From assembly GCA_043802745.1 (NCBI GenBank), contig JAZDKU010000015.1:1358-65357 (forward strand): a DNA stretch of 64,000 nt, in the 5' to 3' direction. The position numbers were made by a program, and so were the translations under genes. Positions 29,570 to 38,548 of the stretch are shown one piece after another. The notes under the pieces were generated by a model that saw only the letters and a program-made list of their open reading frames with translations, did not search any database and had not been told where the DNA came from. This DNA comes from a bacterium. Its GTDB lineage: Bacteria; Patescibacteriota; Minisyncoccia; Minisyncoccales; CG1-02-41-26. Every line of letters begins with the position of its first letter. The stretch's first letter is position 1.

Positions 29570-31015
29570 TTAGGCTAGTCTTGGAAACAAAGGTTCGCTT
29601 TTGTTGGTTTTTATTTGTTCTAAAATTTTCTCTGAAGTTTGGGGCATAAAGGGCGCAAGCATCTCAGCGATGCTACAAATAACAAATAACAAATAACAAA
29701 TAACTTTTTCATTTTTAGTTTTTAGTTTTTCATTTCCTTCTTCCCATGGCTTTTCTGTGGCCATTATTTTATCGCAAACCCCGATCAACTCCCAAACAGC
29801 TCCCAAGGCCTCGTCAATTTTTAAATCTTTAAGCGCTATATTGTACTTATCTTTTGCCTGTTTCACCTCGCTTCCGCCCCACTCCTCGGCTTGGGGCCGA
29901 GGGGTGGGACGTAGTGCCTTGTATTTACTTGCAAGAGTTACAACTCTAGCAACCAAATTACCAAGGCCGCTAGCCAAGTCTGAATTATATTTTTCATCCA
30001 AGCGAACAAGCGAAACATCTCCGTCATTGCCAAAGGGAAATTGGGTTAAAAGTAAATACCTAGTAGCATCAACACCATATTTGTCTATTAAATCATTGGG
30101 GTCAACCACATTGCCGATTGTTTTGGACATTTTTTGGCCATCAATAGTGAAATAACCATGGCAAAAAACCTGTTTTGGCAACTGGTCAACAGCGTCTTCG
30201 CCATAATAAGCTAGCAACAAGGCTGGCCACATAATACAATGAAATTTTAGAATATCACGGCCGACTAATTGCAAGTCCATTGGCCAAAATTCAGTTTTGC
30301 CTAAATTCTGCAGAGCAGTCCAATAATTAAGCAAAGCGTCTACCCACACATAAATTGTCTGGCTTTCCTCCCATGGCAACTTAATGCCCCAAGAAACGCT
30401 TTTACGAGAAATAGAAATATCGTCAAGCCCCTGCTTTATCACGCCCAAAACCTCGCTTTTAGCATTTTCTGGCATTATTAAAATTTTATCTTGTTCTATT
30501 AGTTCTTGAATCTTTGGCAATAATTGCCTTAACTTAAAAAACCAATTCTCTTCAGCCACGTCTTGGGGCTCACATTTATGGTCTGGGCATTTGCCCTCAA
30601 CCAGATCTTTATCAGTCACAAACTTTTCACAACCCACACAATACTTGCCCGCATACTCGCCCTCATAAACAAAACCATTATTTTTTAATACTGTTAAAAA
30701 TTCCTGCACTTTTTCCTCGTGCGGTTTGTCCGTGGTGCGAATAAAGTATGAGTAGTCAATGTTTAAATTTTCCCAAGCTTTTTTAAATAAATCTGAAACT
30801 TCATCGCAAAATTCTTTTGGGGTTTTGTTGGCTTTTTGGCTAGCTTCAAAAATTTTAGCCCCATGCTCATCAGTGCCTGTTAGGAAAAAGACCTCTTTAC
30901 CGCCTATCTTATGATAGCGAGTCAAAACATCAACTGCCAAAGTAGTATAGGCATGGCCCAGATGTGGGCGTGAGTTCACATAATATATTGGGGTGGTTAA
31001 GTAAATTTTATTCAT
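29570..31015 (-). CDS. metG: methionyl-tRNA synthetase
   Basis: PIYYVNSRPHLGHAYTT (HIGH region), KMSKT, zinc-knuckle CVGCEKF..CPDHKC. Confidence 0.95.
   Translation of the reverse strand: MNKIYLTTPIYYVNSRPHLGHAYTTLAVDVLTRYHKIGGKEVFFLTGTDEHGAKIFEASQKANKTPKEFCDEVSDLFKKAWENLNIDYSYFIRTTDKPHEEKVQEFLTVLKNNGFVYEGEYAGKYCVGCEKFVTDKDLVEGKCPDHKCEPQDVAEENWFFKLRQLLPKIQELIEQDKILIMPENAKSEVLGVIKQGLDDISISRKSVSWGIKLPWEESQTIYVWVDALLNYWTALQNLGKTEFWPMDLQLVGRDILKFHCIMWPALLLAYYGEDAVDQLPKQVFCHGYFTIDGQKMSKTIGNVVDPNDLIDKYGVDATRYLLLTQFPFGNDGDVSLVRLDEKYNSDLASGLGNLVARVVTLASKYKALRPTPRPQAEEWGGSEVKQAKDKYNIALKDLKIDEALGAVWELIGVCDKIMATEKPWEEGNEKLKTKNEKVICYLLFVICSIAEMLAPFMPQTSEKILEQIKTNKSEPLFPRLA
29674..29732. repeat. adjacent in-frame heptamer arrays (CAAATAA)x4 and (TTTTTAG/TTTTTCA)x4 in metG C-terminal region
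   Basis: Encodes KLKTKNEKVICYLLFVICSI. Confidence 0.75.
29873..29911. repeat. GC-rich near-palindromic element in-frame in metG (encodes RPTPRPQAEEWGG), same coding orientation as topA copy
   Basis: rc reads cgtcccacccctcggccccaagccgaggagtggggcgg. Confidence 0.85.
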
Positions 31016-31137
31016 AAATCTACTCTACCACACTTCTCCCCAAATTTTAACCTTGACAAACCCACTAATAATTGTGTAGTATTAAATAATTTTAAAACTC
31101 TCTACCAAATATTTTTTATTTACAGGAGGTTTCGAAA

Positions 31138-31572
31138 ATGTCAAAAAAACTTTTTGTTCTTTTTTTATTTTTCTTTATCTCTTCTACAACGGTCCAACCC
31201 CTAGCTCTAAAGGATTTTAATAGGCTCCCCGAGAATAAAAAAGCAGAAGCTTATTCAAAGTTATCTTTTAAGGACAGAGCGATCGCCTATGAAAAATGGT
31301 TAGGGGAATTAAAGTCCAAAATATCTTACGAAGGCGACCTTCCCTTAACCCCAGTTTCCTTAGTAGAAAAAACAGAGAAAAAAAAGACGGGAGTAAGCGA
31401 AGAAAGGGTGGAAGCAAGCATAATTCCTATAATGCCTGCCCCATCTTCCGCGGACAGCTCCGAGAGCCCCCTTATTTTATACCTCGTTGTATTAATATTC
31501 CTTCTCGCCATGACCATATCTATGGGCACATGGATAAGAAGGAGGTTCTGGGTTGGCTACCATAGGAGATGA
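31138..31572 (+). CDS. hypothetical secreted/membrane-anchored protein (signal peptide, C-terminal TM + RRR tail)
   Basis: Good RBS aggaggt 8 nt upstream; MSKKLFVLFLFFFISSTTV signal; GC-richer than surroundings. Confidence 0.5.
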   Translation: MSKKLFVLFLFFFISSTTVQPLALKDFNRLPENKKAEAYSKLSFKDRAIAYEKWLGELKSKISYEGDLPLTPVSLVEKTEKKKTGVSEERVEASIIPIMPAPSSADSSESPLILYLVVLIFLLAMTISMGTWIRRRFWVGYHRR

Positions 31573-31585
31573 CCCAGAAAAAACA

Positions 31586-31650
31586 GCAATTCAGCGGTCG
31601 ATTATTTCACAGGTAATCTACTAATCGATTGCTGTTTTGCTTTTTTACAG
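31586..31650. terminator. bidirectional stem-loop terminator between convergent genes
   Basis: aaaacagcaat..tcgatt / aatcga ttgctgtttt followed by gctttttt. Confidence 0.5.
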
Positions 31651-31657
31651 AACAATT

Positions 31658-32356
31658 TTATGCGCTAATTTTATTAACTGCTACGACGAATTCTCCTTTT
31701 AGGGGGGATTTTTTTATTGCTTCAATAACTTCGTTGAGAGAGCCGCGGTAGATGGTTTCAAACTTTTTAGTTAGTTCTCTACCCACCACTATTTGCGTTT
31801 TATCTTCTATTCCTGATTCCTGAACCATAAATCCTAATTCATTGAGCGTCTTTATGATGCGATAAGGAGATTCAAAAAATATCACTGAGTGCTTTGAGTT
31901 TATAATTTCTTCAAAAAATTGCTTTCTTTTTTTCTTAATTGGCGGAAAGCCTAGAAACAAAAACTTGTCCATAGGAAACCCGCAAACACTAGCTATAGCT
32001 GTTAATGCCGACGGTCCGGGAATTGGCTCTATTCTAACTTTATCACTCAATGACTTAATGACTTCCCCAACAAGCTGACTGCCTGGGTCAGATATTCCCG
32101 GCGTGCCAGCATCTGAAATTAAAGCTAGATTTTTCCCGTCTTGTAACAAACCTAAAATATAATCAACCTTATCTAACTTAGAATGCTGATGATAAGAAAT
32201 CATTGGCTTTTTAATGCCAAAACGAGTGAGCATTTTTTGGCTCACCCGCGTGTCTTCACATAAAATATAATCAACAGATTTTAAGGTATCCAAGACCCTT
32301 TGGGAAATATCGCTTAAATTCCCAATAGGCGTTCCCACCACATACAAAACAGACAT
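31658..32356 (-). CDS. rsmI: 16S rRNA (cytidine1402-2'-O)-methyltransferase RsmI
   Basis: MSVLYVVGTPIGNLSDIS..., tetrapyrrole-methylase fold. Confidence 0.85.
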   Translation of the reverse strand: MSVLYVVGTPIGNLSDISQRVLDTLKSVDYILCEDTRVSQKMLTRFGIKKPMISYHQHSKLDKVDYILGLLQDGKNLALISDAGTPGISDPGSQLVGEVIKSLSDKVRIEPIPGPSALTAIASVCGFPMDKFLFLGFPPIKKKRKQFFEEIINSKHSVIFFESPYRIIKTLNELGFMVQESGIEDKTQIVVGRELTKKFETIYRGSLNEVIEAIKKSPLKGEFVVAVNKISA

Positions 32357-32430
32357 AAAAAAGTGATTGAGTCATTGAGTGACTAAGTGATTAAGCTTCT
32401 TAATCACTTGATGACTTGATGACTTAGTGA
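32351..32430. promoter_or_regulatory. 5' leader/promoter module of rsmI, 44 nt identical to htpX leader
   Basis: See 11449-11530. Confidence 0.5.
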
Positions 32431-33474
32431 CTACCCCTCAGCTTGTTCTGGTAACTCGTGCCTTTGGCGTTTTAATAAATAATCTTTAACAATTTCAAAA
32501 ACCACCCCAGCCAAAGGAATACCAAGTATTGCCCCAGCCGCCCCCCATAACTCCCCGCCAATAGCAAAGGCCACCAACACCAAAACAGGAGACAAACCAA
32601 TAAGTTTTTTAAATATAATAGGAAATAAAATATGGTTTTCTATTTGCTGAATAATAAAGAAGGCTAAAATCACAAAAACTGCCTGGGGAAAAGAAATTAA
32701 AGAAACAACCGAGAATAAAGCAACCCCAGCCACCAATGGCCCGATAAACGGTAGCAAATCCAACACCCCAGCAATAAGGGCTAAAATAAAAGCATACTTT
32801 ACATTTAAAATCATTAAAATAACATACATACCCACCCCAACAAAAGCAATGCCAATCAAGCGGGTAACAAACCAGCCGCTTACTTTCTTTTTTGAGCGCC
32901 TCCACAAGCCAAATAAGTATTCTTTGTATTGGGGGGGTGAAAAAGCGCTAAGAATCTTTTCCACAAAATGCCGCTCTAAAGATATAAAAAATGCCATGGC
33001 CACCACCAGAGCTGTTGAGGCTGCCCCGCCAAAAATACTGGCCAACGCATTGGTAAAGCTCCCCCCAGCGCTGCTTAAGCTTGTTTGCAGGCTACCCATA
33101 AAAACCTTGCTGTTTTTGAAAGAAGTAATCCCCAATTTTTCGAAAAACGGCGAGATCTTTTTTAAGTAAGCTGGCAAATTAGCCACAAACTCTTGAATTT
33201 CATAAAGTAAAATAGGGGCTGTTTTATAAATAAAAAACCCAAGCAAAGCAAAAAACCCAAGGTATAAAACACTGGTAGAAACAATGCGAGGCACCTTTCT
33301 TTTTTGCAAGCCATCAATAGCAAAATTAAACAAAATAGAAATAACCAAGGCAAAAATAAACCAAATAATAATATCTTTCAATATATACAAGACATACAAA
33401 CCCACCACCAAAAGCGTGAGCTTGGCAGCTGATTGCCAATCTAAATGCAAATTGTAAATTTCTTTTTCTTTCAT
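32431..33474 (-). CDS. AI-2E family transporter (PerM/UPF0118 permease)
   Basis: ~8 TM, 347 aa, conserved C-terminal GIPLAGVVF region. Confidence 0.7.
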   Translation of the reverse strand: MKEKEIYNLHLDWQSAAKLTLLVVGLYVLYILKDIIIWFIFALVISILFNFAIDGLQKRKVPRIVSTSVLYLGFFALLGFFIYKTAPILLYEIQEFVANLPAYLKKISPFFEKLGITSFKNSKVFMGSLQTSLSSAGGSFTNALASIFGGAASTALVVAMAFFISLERHFVEKILSAFSPPQYKEYLFGLWRRSKKKVSGWFVTRLIGIAFVGVGMYVILMILNVKYAFILALIAGVLDLLPFIGPLVAGVALFSVVSLISFPQAVFVILAFFIIQQIENHILFPIIFKKLIGLSPVLVLVAFAIGGELWGAAGAILGIPLAGVVFEIVKDYLLKRQRHELPEQAEG

Positions 33475-34766
33475 ACTCTCATTAACTTTTGCAATTGGTT
33501 TTCGTTTTTATGCGGACCAATAATTGATAGATTTAAGCTTTGTTTCTTGAAGATTTCTTTGGCTAGAGCCCTAACTTCGCTTGCTTTTACTTTATCAATT
33601 TTGGCACACTCATCTTTTAATGTCAAAATCTTGCCCGTTAAAAGTTCTTGGCCAGCATAAAAAGAAGCTAGAGCATCCGAACTCTCCAAGCTCAAAGTTA
33701 AATTTCCTTTTAAATAATCTTTGGCTTTTTTAAGCTCGCTTTCTGCCACAGTTACTTGAGCTAAATTTTTATATTCTTTTAAAATCATGGCAATAGCTTT
33801 AGCTAAAGCAGTGTGGGGCACTCCAGCTTGAGTAACCAAATAACCGCTATCAGTAAAACTTTCCGCATCTGTTTTAATATAATAAGCCAATCCATTTTTT
33901 TCCCGCACCTTAATGAAAAGTCGAGAGCTCATATTGCCCCCCAAGATAGTGGCCAATACTTCTTGCACATAAATTTTAGGACTAAACAAATCAAAAGCCC
34001 TAACCCCTAAGCAAAAATGAGTTTGGTCTGTTTCTTTAAACTTTAAATGCATTTGTGGCTCTTTTTGCCCCTCAACAACCCTTATTTTCCCTTCTGGTCT
34101 TTGCTTGTTGATAACTCTAAACTTTCTTTTGATGTCTTCTGTCATTTTAACTTGGTTAAAATTACCAGAAACGCAAACAATTGTATTGCTGGCAGAATAA
34201 TGGTTTTTAATATAATCAATAAAATCTTTTCTTTGAACTTTTTTTAAATTATCTTTAGTACCTATAATTTCCCAGCCAGCTGGCTGGTCACCATACAAGA
34301 GCGTTTCAAATAAATCTCTTATATGCCTCACTGGCGTATCTAAATACATATTTAACTCTTCAATAATAACGCCTCGCTCTTTCTCTATTTCTTTGCTATC
34401 AATTTTAGAGTTTAAAAAAATATCTGAAACCCAATCCAAGGCCAAATCAGTATGTTTGGAATCAACTTTAGCAAAATAGCCAGTGTATTCTTTGCTGGTA
34501 AAAGCATTGTAAAAACCGCCCACCCTATCTAAGGTTTCAGAAATTGCCAAAGTGTTTGGCCTTTTTTTTGTGCCTTTAAAAAACATATGCTCCACAAAAT
34601 GAGAAATGCCATTATTCTTCTTATTTTCATACTTACTGCCAGCCCCTACCACAGCCAAAACCGTAACAGCTTGAGTGTTTTTATTGGGCACCAACATTAT
34701 ACGCAAACCATTATCTAAAATTATTTTTTTATACATAGAATTAATTTTCAATTTACGAATTTTCAA
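33471..34766 (-). CDS. M16-family (insulinase/pitrilysin-like) zinc peptidase
   Basis: Inverted zinc motif HFVEHMFFKGT (HxxEH). Confidence 0.85.
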   Translation of the reverse strand: MKIRKLKINSMYKKIILDNGLRIMLVPNKNTQAVTVLAVVGAGSKYENKKNNGISHFVEHMFFKGTKKRPNTLAISETLDRVGGFYNAFTSKEYTGYFAKVDSKHTDLALDWVSDIFLNSKIDSKEIEKERGVIIEELNMYLDTPVRHIRDLFETLLYGDQPAGWEIIGTKDNLKKVQRKDFIDYIKNHYSASNTIVCVSGNFNQVKMTEDIKRKFRVINKQRPEGKIRVVEGQKEPQMHLKFKETDQTHFCLGVRAFDLFSPKIYVQEVLATILGGNMSSRLFIKVREKNGLAYYIKTDAESFTDSGYLVTQAGVPHTALAKAIAMILKEYKNLAQVTVAESELKKAKDYLKGNLTLSLESSDALASFYAGQELLTGKILTLKDECAKIDKVKASEVRALAKEIFKKQSLNLSIIGPHKNENQLQKLMRV

Positions 34767-34776
34767 TTTTCAAATA
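34744..34776. repeat. AATTTTC heptamer element at prmC 3' end / M16 peptidase 5' end; near-identical to element inside recO (41930-41976)
   Basis: aattttcaatttacgaattttcaattttcaaa vs recO aattttcaatttacaattttcaattttcaaa. Confidence 0.7.
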
Positions 34777-35502
34777 TCGCCATTTGCCGAATTGGTCCTT
34801 GTTAAAATTATATTTCTGGTACCCAAATTTCTTTAAAAGTTTTTCAATCTCTTTTTTTTGATTATAGCCAAATTCTAAATAAATAACACCTTCTGGGGCT
34901 AAATAATTTTTAGCTTGGCTTAAAAACTTTTTTATAAAAAATAAACCTCTATCTTTTGCGAATAAGGCCTGCTTTGGTTCAAAATTCAAAACCGACTTCT
35001 GCACTTTACTCTTCTCGCCAAGCCCAATATACGGAGGATTAGCTAAAATTACATCATATTTGCTGCTGAAGTTTGACTTCAGCAGCCCTTCAAAGACATT
35101 GGATTTTATAACACGGTACCTTTTTTTATCAATTCCATTCAGTTTTAAATTAAACCGAATTTGCTTTAAACAATTATCATCAATATCCGCAAAATCGCAA
35201 TGGCTATTAGGAGCATTCTTTAAAACCGCAATCCCACAACACCCAGAACCCGCGAATATATCTAAATATTTACACCGGTCTGACCGGTGTAAACTTATCG
35301 CTTCGCCAACCCAGTACTCTGTCTCATCTCTTGGGATAAGTGGCTTGTAGCGCAAATCAATTTTACAAGCCAAAAAATTCTTGTGGCTAATCACATAATC
35401 CACTGGTTCACCTTTTTCCAACCGAGTTATATCCTTTTTCGCCTTATCCGTCAACCGCCCCCCATATTTCTCATTTAACAGCCAAACCACCTCTTGTTTC
35501 AT
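34753..35502 (-). CDS. prmC: release-factor glutamine N5-methyltransferase PrmC (HemK)
   Basis: NPPY motif (ILANPPYIG), SAM-binding motif I. Confidence 0.85.
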   Translation of the reverse strand: MKQEVVWLLNEKYGGRLTDKAKKDITRLEKGEPVDYVISHKNFLACKIDLRYKPLIPRDETEYWVGEAISLHRSDRCKYLDIFAGSGCCGIAVLKNAPNSHCDFADIDDNCLKQIRFNLKLNGIDKKRYRVIKSNVFEGLLKSNFSSKYDVILANPPYIGLGEKSKVQKSVLNFEPKQALFAKDRGLFFIKKFLSQAKNYLAPEGVIYLEFGYNQKKEIEKLLKKFGYQKYNFNKDQFGKWRYLKIENS

Positions 35503-36236
35503 AGTTTTTTAGATATAAACCAAAACCATTTTTTGAAGCTTTCGGATAAATCCTTATCTTTCAAAATAAAAATAGTAGCATCATCTTTCATTTTTGCCAA
35601 TGTAACTCCCGAAAACATAACCGTATAACTGCCAAATATTAATAGGGCAGAATTAGTAGAACACTCCTTCGGAAAAAACTTATGTGGCAAAGAATAATAT
35701 TTCAAAATATCTTGCCCCTTGCTCCTCACTTCAATATCAAAAATACAATGGAATTTAATGCCCTTTATTTTCGCTTCCTTAAAAAATTGCTCGCTAAACA
35801 GCCTGATTCGCTGGTCAAACCATATTAATTTTCCACCGATGAAGTAAACATCTTCACCCAACCTTAAAATTTCCCTCATATAATTTTTTAACCCATTGAT
35901 ACCCCTGTAAATATACGCTCCCTGGCCCTCTTTTCTAGACTGATATTTTTCTTTCAATGTCGGCAAAATATTTAATAATTTTACCTCTTTTTCTTTCATA
36001 ATCTCAACAAGCCTGTCGGGATTTATCGGACAGTAAACGCTTTCCTTATCGCTTAGTATAGAAAAAACAAAGCCCTTTTCGTTAAGGCGTTTAATTGCGT
36101 CGTAAACATTTCGCCTATGAATGCTAGTTTTATTGGTTATTGCGCTTACCCCAGCCTCTCCCAACTCCAAAAGAGCCTCGTATATCTTTGCTTCGTTTGA
36201 TGACAAACCAAATTCTTGTAAAATTTTTGTAACCAT
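35499..36236 (-). CDS. TrmB-like HTH transcriptional regulator
   Basis: N-terminal winged helix LSSNEAKIYEALLELGEAGVSAITNKTSIHRRNVYDAIKRLNEKGFV. Confidence 0.65.
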   Translation of the reverse strand: MVTKILQEFGLSSNEAKIYEALLELGEAGVSAITNKTSIHRRNVYDAIKRLNEKGFVFSILSDKESVYCPINPDRLVEIMKEKEVKLLNILPTLKEKYQSRKEGQGAYIYRGINGLKNYMREILRLGEDVYFIGGKLIWFDQRIRLFSEQFFKEAKIKGIKFHCIFDIEVRSKGQDILKYYSLPHKFFPKECSTNSALLIFGSYTVMFSGVTLAKMKDDATIFILKDKDLSESFKKWFWFISKKL

Positions 36237-36402
36237 AAATAAATTTTTAATTCAAGCAAAGCATACACCCTTACCCAAAAACCGTCAAGGTAGCTACCGT
36301 CACCACAGGGCTTTCTTGACTACTCTAAAAACCGAAGCGTAAGCTTGGAGTTGATACAGATGTTTAAAAACTAAATTTCTAAAACACAATGGAGGTAAAA
36401 AA

Positions 36403-37536
36403 ATGAATAACCCTTTATCAGTAAAAATTGAGAACAGGATATTTGTGACCGACTCATCGGAATCGAACGACGAAAAGTATGAGAAACCATTACTAAAGCT
36501 TTTTGAAGATATTAATACAGATATTTGCGAGGGGTCACATCTTTTACGACTAGATCCAGAGAACGCGGATAATCAATCTATTTATAAAGCCTATGGGATA
36601 GACATTGATTATCTGCAAACTAAAACCCACGAGTTTGAAAAGTGGGTTTTTAATGCTGTTTTTTGCTCCATAGTTGCCAGTTCAAGTGGAAAAAAAGCCA
36701 AAAATAACATCAGCAACCCACAAAAAATGCTGACTATGGAATTGATTAAGACAGACCTTCCAAGATTAGACAATAATCAGTTCATAATGTTAGGCTACCA
36801 ACAAAGCCAAAAAATACCAAAAGAGCTAATAACCGATTTACAACAGCAGTATAAAAACGCTGTTAACCATATGGTAAGAATGTGGATGATGTGGCTAGAA
36901 AAGCTAGTGGAAGCAAAGCACATCGGATTAACTCAATGGCCACACAAAGATTCAGCCTCTTGCCTTTTTTATTTTTTCCGTAAATCTCAAGGGGAAAAAA
37001 CCAGTGAAGTAGAGAAAAAAACTACTCTCAAATCAGTAGTCAAGGAAGAAGTTTCAAAGACTATAAATACTACTTCCATAATTAATGAAAGGCATGTACA
37101 TCATCTGGTTGAGGCAAAAATCTCAAGCTTGTCGGATTACCAGAAAATACCGAGATTTGTAAGATTTTTTTTGAATTCTACCCCAAAGTGGATCAAAAAA
37201 TACCTTATGGTTATAGATGGAGTGGCAACAATGGAAGAAATAGACAAAATTGAGAACATAGGCGAAATCTCTGAAGTTGTTGTCAACCGCAAAAGGTCTC
37301 TGTTTCTGCCCGACCCTGCCGTTACATTTGGCCCTTTCGTATTGACAGCTTGGAATTCAAAAGATTTTAAGGAAGAGCCACACGATCCATTTCCTATCCA
37401 CTTTGTCAATGTCAAGCTACGAAAAAGATTGGTGTATTTCCTTACATTACCACTCTCTTTTATCTTTTTAGCGTTAACTATTTTATCACTTGTATACCCA
37501 GCAATACCCCAATGGATAATTGAGTTATTCCGCTAA
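36403..37536 (+). CDS. hypothetical protein with C-terminal TM helix (orphan)
   Basis: Strong RBS ggaggt; 377 aa; no recognisable motif; one of few plus-strand genes. Confidence 0.5.
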   Translation: MNNPLSVKIENRIFVTDSSESNDEKYEKPLLKLFEDINTDICEGSHLLRLDPENADNQSIYKAYGIDIDYLQTKTHEFEKWVFNAVFCSIVASSSGKKAKNNISNPQKMLTMELIKTDLPRLDNNQFIMLGYQQSQKIPKELITDLQQQYKNAVNHMVRMWMMWLEKLVEAKHIGLTQWPHKDSASCLFYFFRKSQGEKTSEVEKKTTLKSVVKEEVSKTINTTSIINERHVHHLVEAKISSLSDYQKIPRFVRFFLNSTPKWIKKYLMVIDGVATMEEIDKIENIGEISEVVVNRKRSLFLPDPAVTFGPFVLTAWNSKDFKEEPHDPFPIHFVNVKLRKRLVYFLTLPLSFIFLALTILSLVYPAIPQWIIELFR

Positions 37537-37540
37537 TTTA

Positions 37541-37581
37541 AATTCCCGCAACTATTAGAACTATTAGTAGTTACGGGAATT
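37541..37581 (+). terminator. hairpin downstream of 36403-37536 (aattcccgcaa ... ttacgggaatt) with 24-nt loop carrying direct repeat actattag x2
   Basis: Seen in sequence, followed by ttctatt. Confidence 0.4.
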
Positions 37582-37711
37582 TTCTATTAGTAAAAGATAA
37601 AAATACTAGAACAAATTATTCAATTCTGAGACGGTCGTCGCAAAAGTGAATAAAATTAATACACATTAAAATCAAAAATCCTCCCTCGATAATCTTAGGA
37701 GAATTCTTGAT

Positions 37712-37810
37712 GCGGAGGTCGGTGGAGTCGGACCACATCCCGCAAAGCGGGACCAATCGGTTATCAATCGATGATCAGATCCGTCTGATTTCGGCCTCCC
37801 GCACCTCCGC
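37712..37810. ncRNA. candidate structured RNA of unknown identity (GC-rich closed stem gcggaggt...acctccgc, internal hairpin cccgc-aaa-gcggg)
   Basis: GC-rich island in AT-rich 400-nt convergent intergenic gap; no match I can recognise to SRP, RNase P or 6S consensus. Confidence 0.3.
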
Positions 37811-37836
37811 AATTTAATTTTATATTTTTTAAAAAC

Positions 37837-37872
37837 AAAAGCAACATCTTCATTTCTGCAGATGTTGCTTTT
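37837..37872. terminator. bidirectional terminator (aaaagcaacatc ... gatgttgctttt)
   Basis: 9-bp stem flanked by A- and T-runs; terminates rlmE (minus) side. Confidence 0.6.
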
Positions 37873-37939
37873 GGTTCCGTTAACGGGTATGTGACATCGA
37901 TTGATAACCATTTACATTATAGCAAAAATATCAATTGTG

Positions 37940-38545
37940 TCAAGATTTTCGCTGTGGAGAAAAGCCTTTGGCGATGAGGTAAAATTCTTTGCTACCGCGC
38001 CGGACGGCTTGGGGGCGGTATCTTTTGACCATTTGAAAATGTTTTTTTACTTCTTTAACAAAATTATCAGTACCCGGCCCCTCAAAAATCTTGCAAACAA
38101 AATTGCCATTTTTCGCTAAAACTTTTATAGCAATCTCCAAAGCTCTTTGGGTTAGCTCCAAACAATTAGCCACATCTAATTCTAAAAGCCCAGTAGTGTT
38201 TGGAGCCATATCCGAAACCACTGCATTATATTTATCCTTTAAAAAATCGCTATCAAAAAAATCTTCAGCTAAAACATCTTTTTTAATAAAAATAGTATTG
38301 TTTAATGGCTTGGTGTTTAAATCTAAAATATCTACAGCCACCAGCCTGCCAGTCATTGAAATTTTATTACCAATATACAAAAGCCAAGAACCCGGAGCCG
38401 CTCCCAAATCTAAAACAAAAAAGCCTTTTTGTAAAAGCTTAAACTTTTCATCTACCTCTTTTAGCTTGTATACCGAACGAGCTGGATAACCCTCTTCCCT
38501 AGCTTTTTGCGTTAAAAAATCTTTTTTGCTAAATTCTCTTTTCAT
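37940..38545 (-). CDS. rlmE: 23S rRNA (uridine2552-2'-O)-methyltransferase RlmE/FtsJ
   Basis: RSVYKLKEVDEKFKLLQKGFFVLDLGAAPGSW. Confidence 0.85.
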   Translation of the reverse strand: MKREFSKKDFLTQKAREEGYPARSVYKLKEVDEKFKLLQKGFFVLDLGAAPGSWLLYIGNKISMTGRLVAVDILDLNTKPLNNTIFIKKDVLAEDFFDSDFLKDKYNAVVSDMAPNTTGLLELDVANCLELTQRALEIAIKVLAKNGNFVCKIFEGPGTDNFVKEVKKHFQMVKRYRPQAVRRGSKEFYLIAKGFSPQRKS

Positions 38546-38548
38546 CTA

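Noticed and set aside
31296-31565. Overlapping 89-aa (+) and 67-aa (-) ORFs
   Set aside because: Nested inside the better-supported 31138-31572 signal-peptide protein gene; open frames result from locally elevated GC
37672-37911. 79-aa minus-strand ORF (Cys/Arg/Pro-rich)
   Set aside because: Overlaps the GC-rich structured intergenic element and terminator; composition-driven open frame, no RBS
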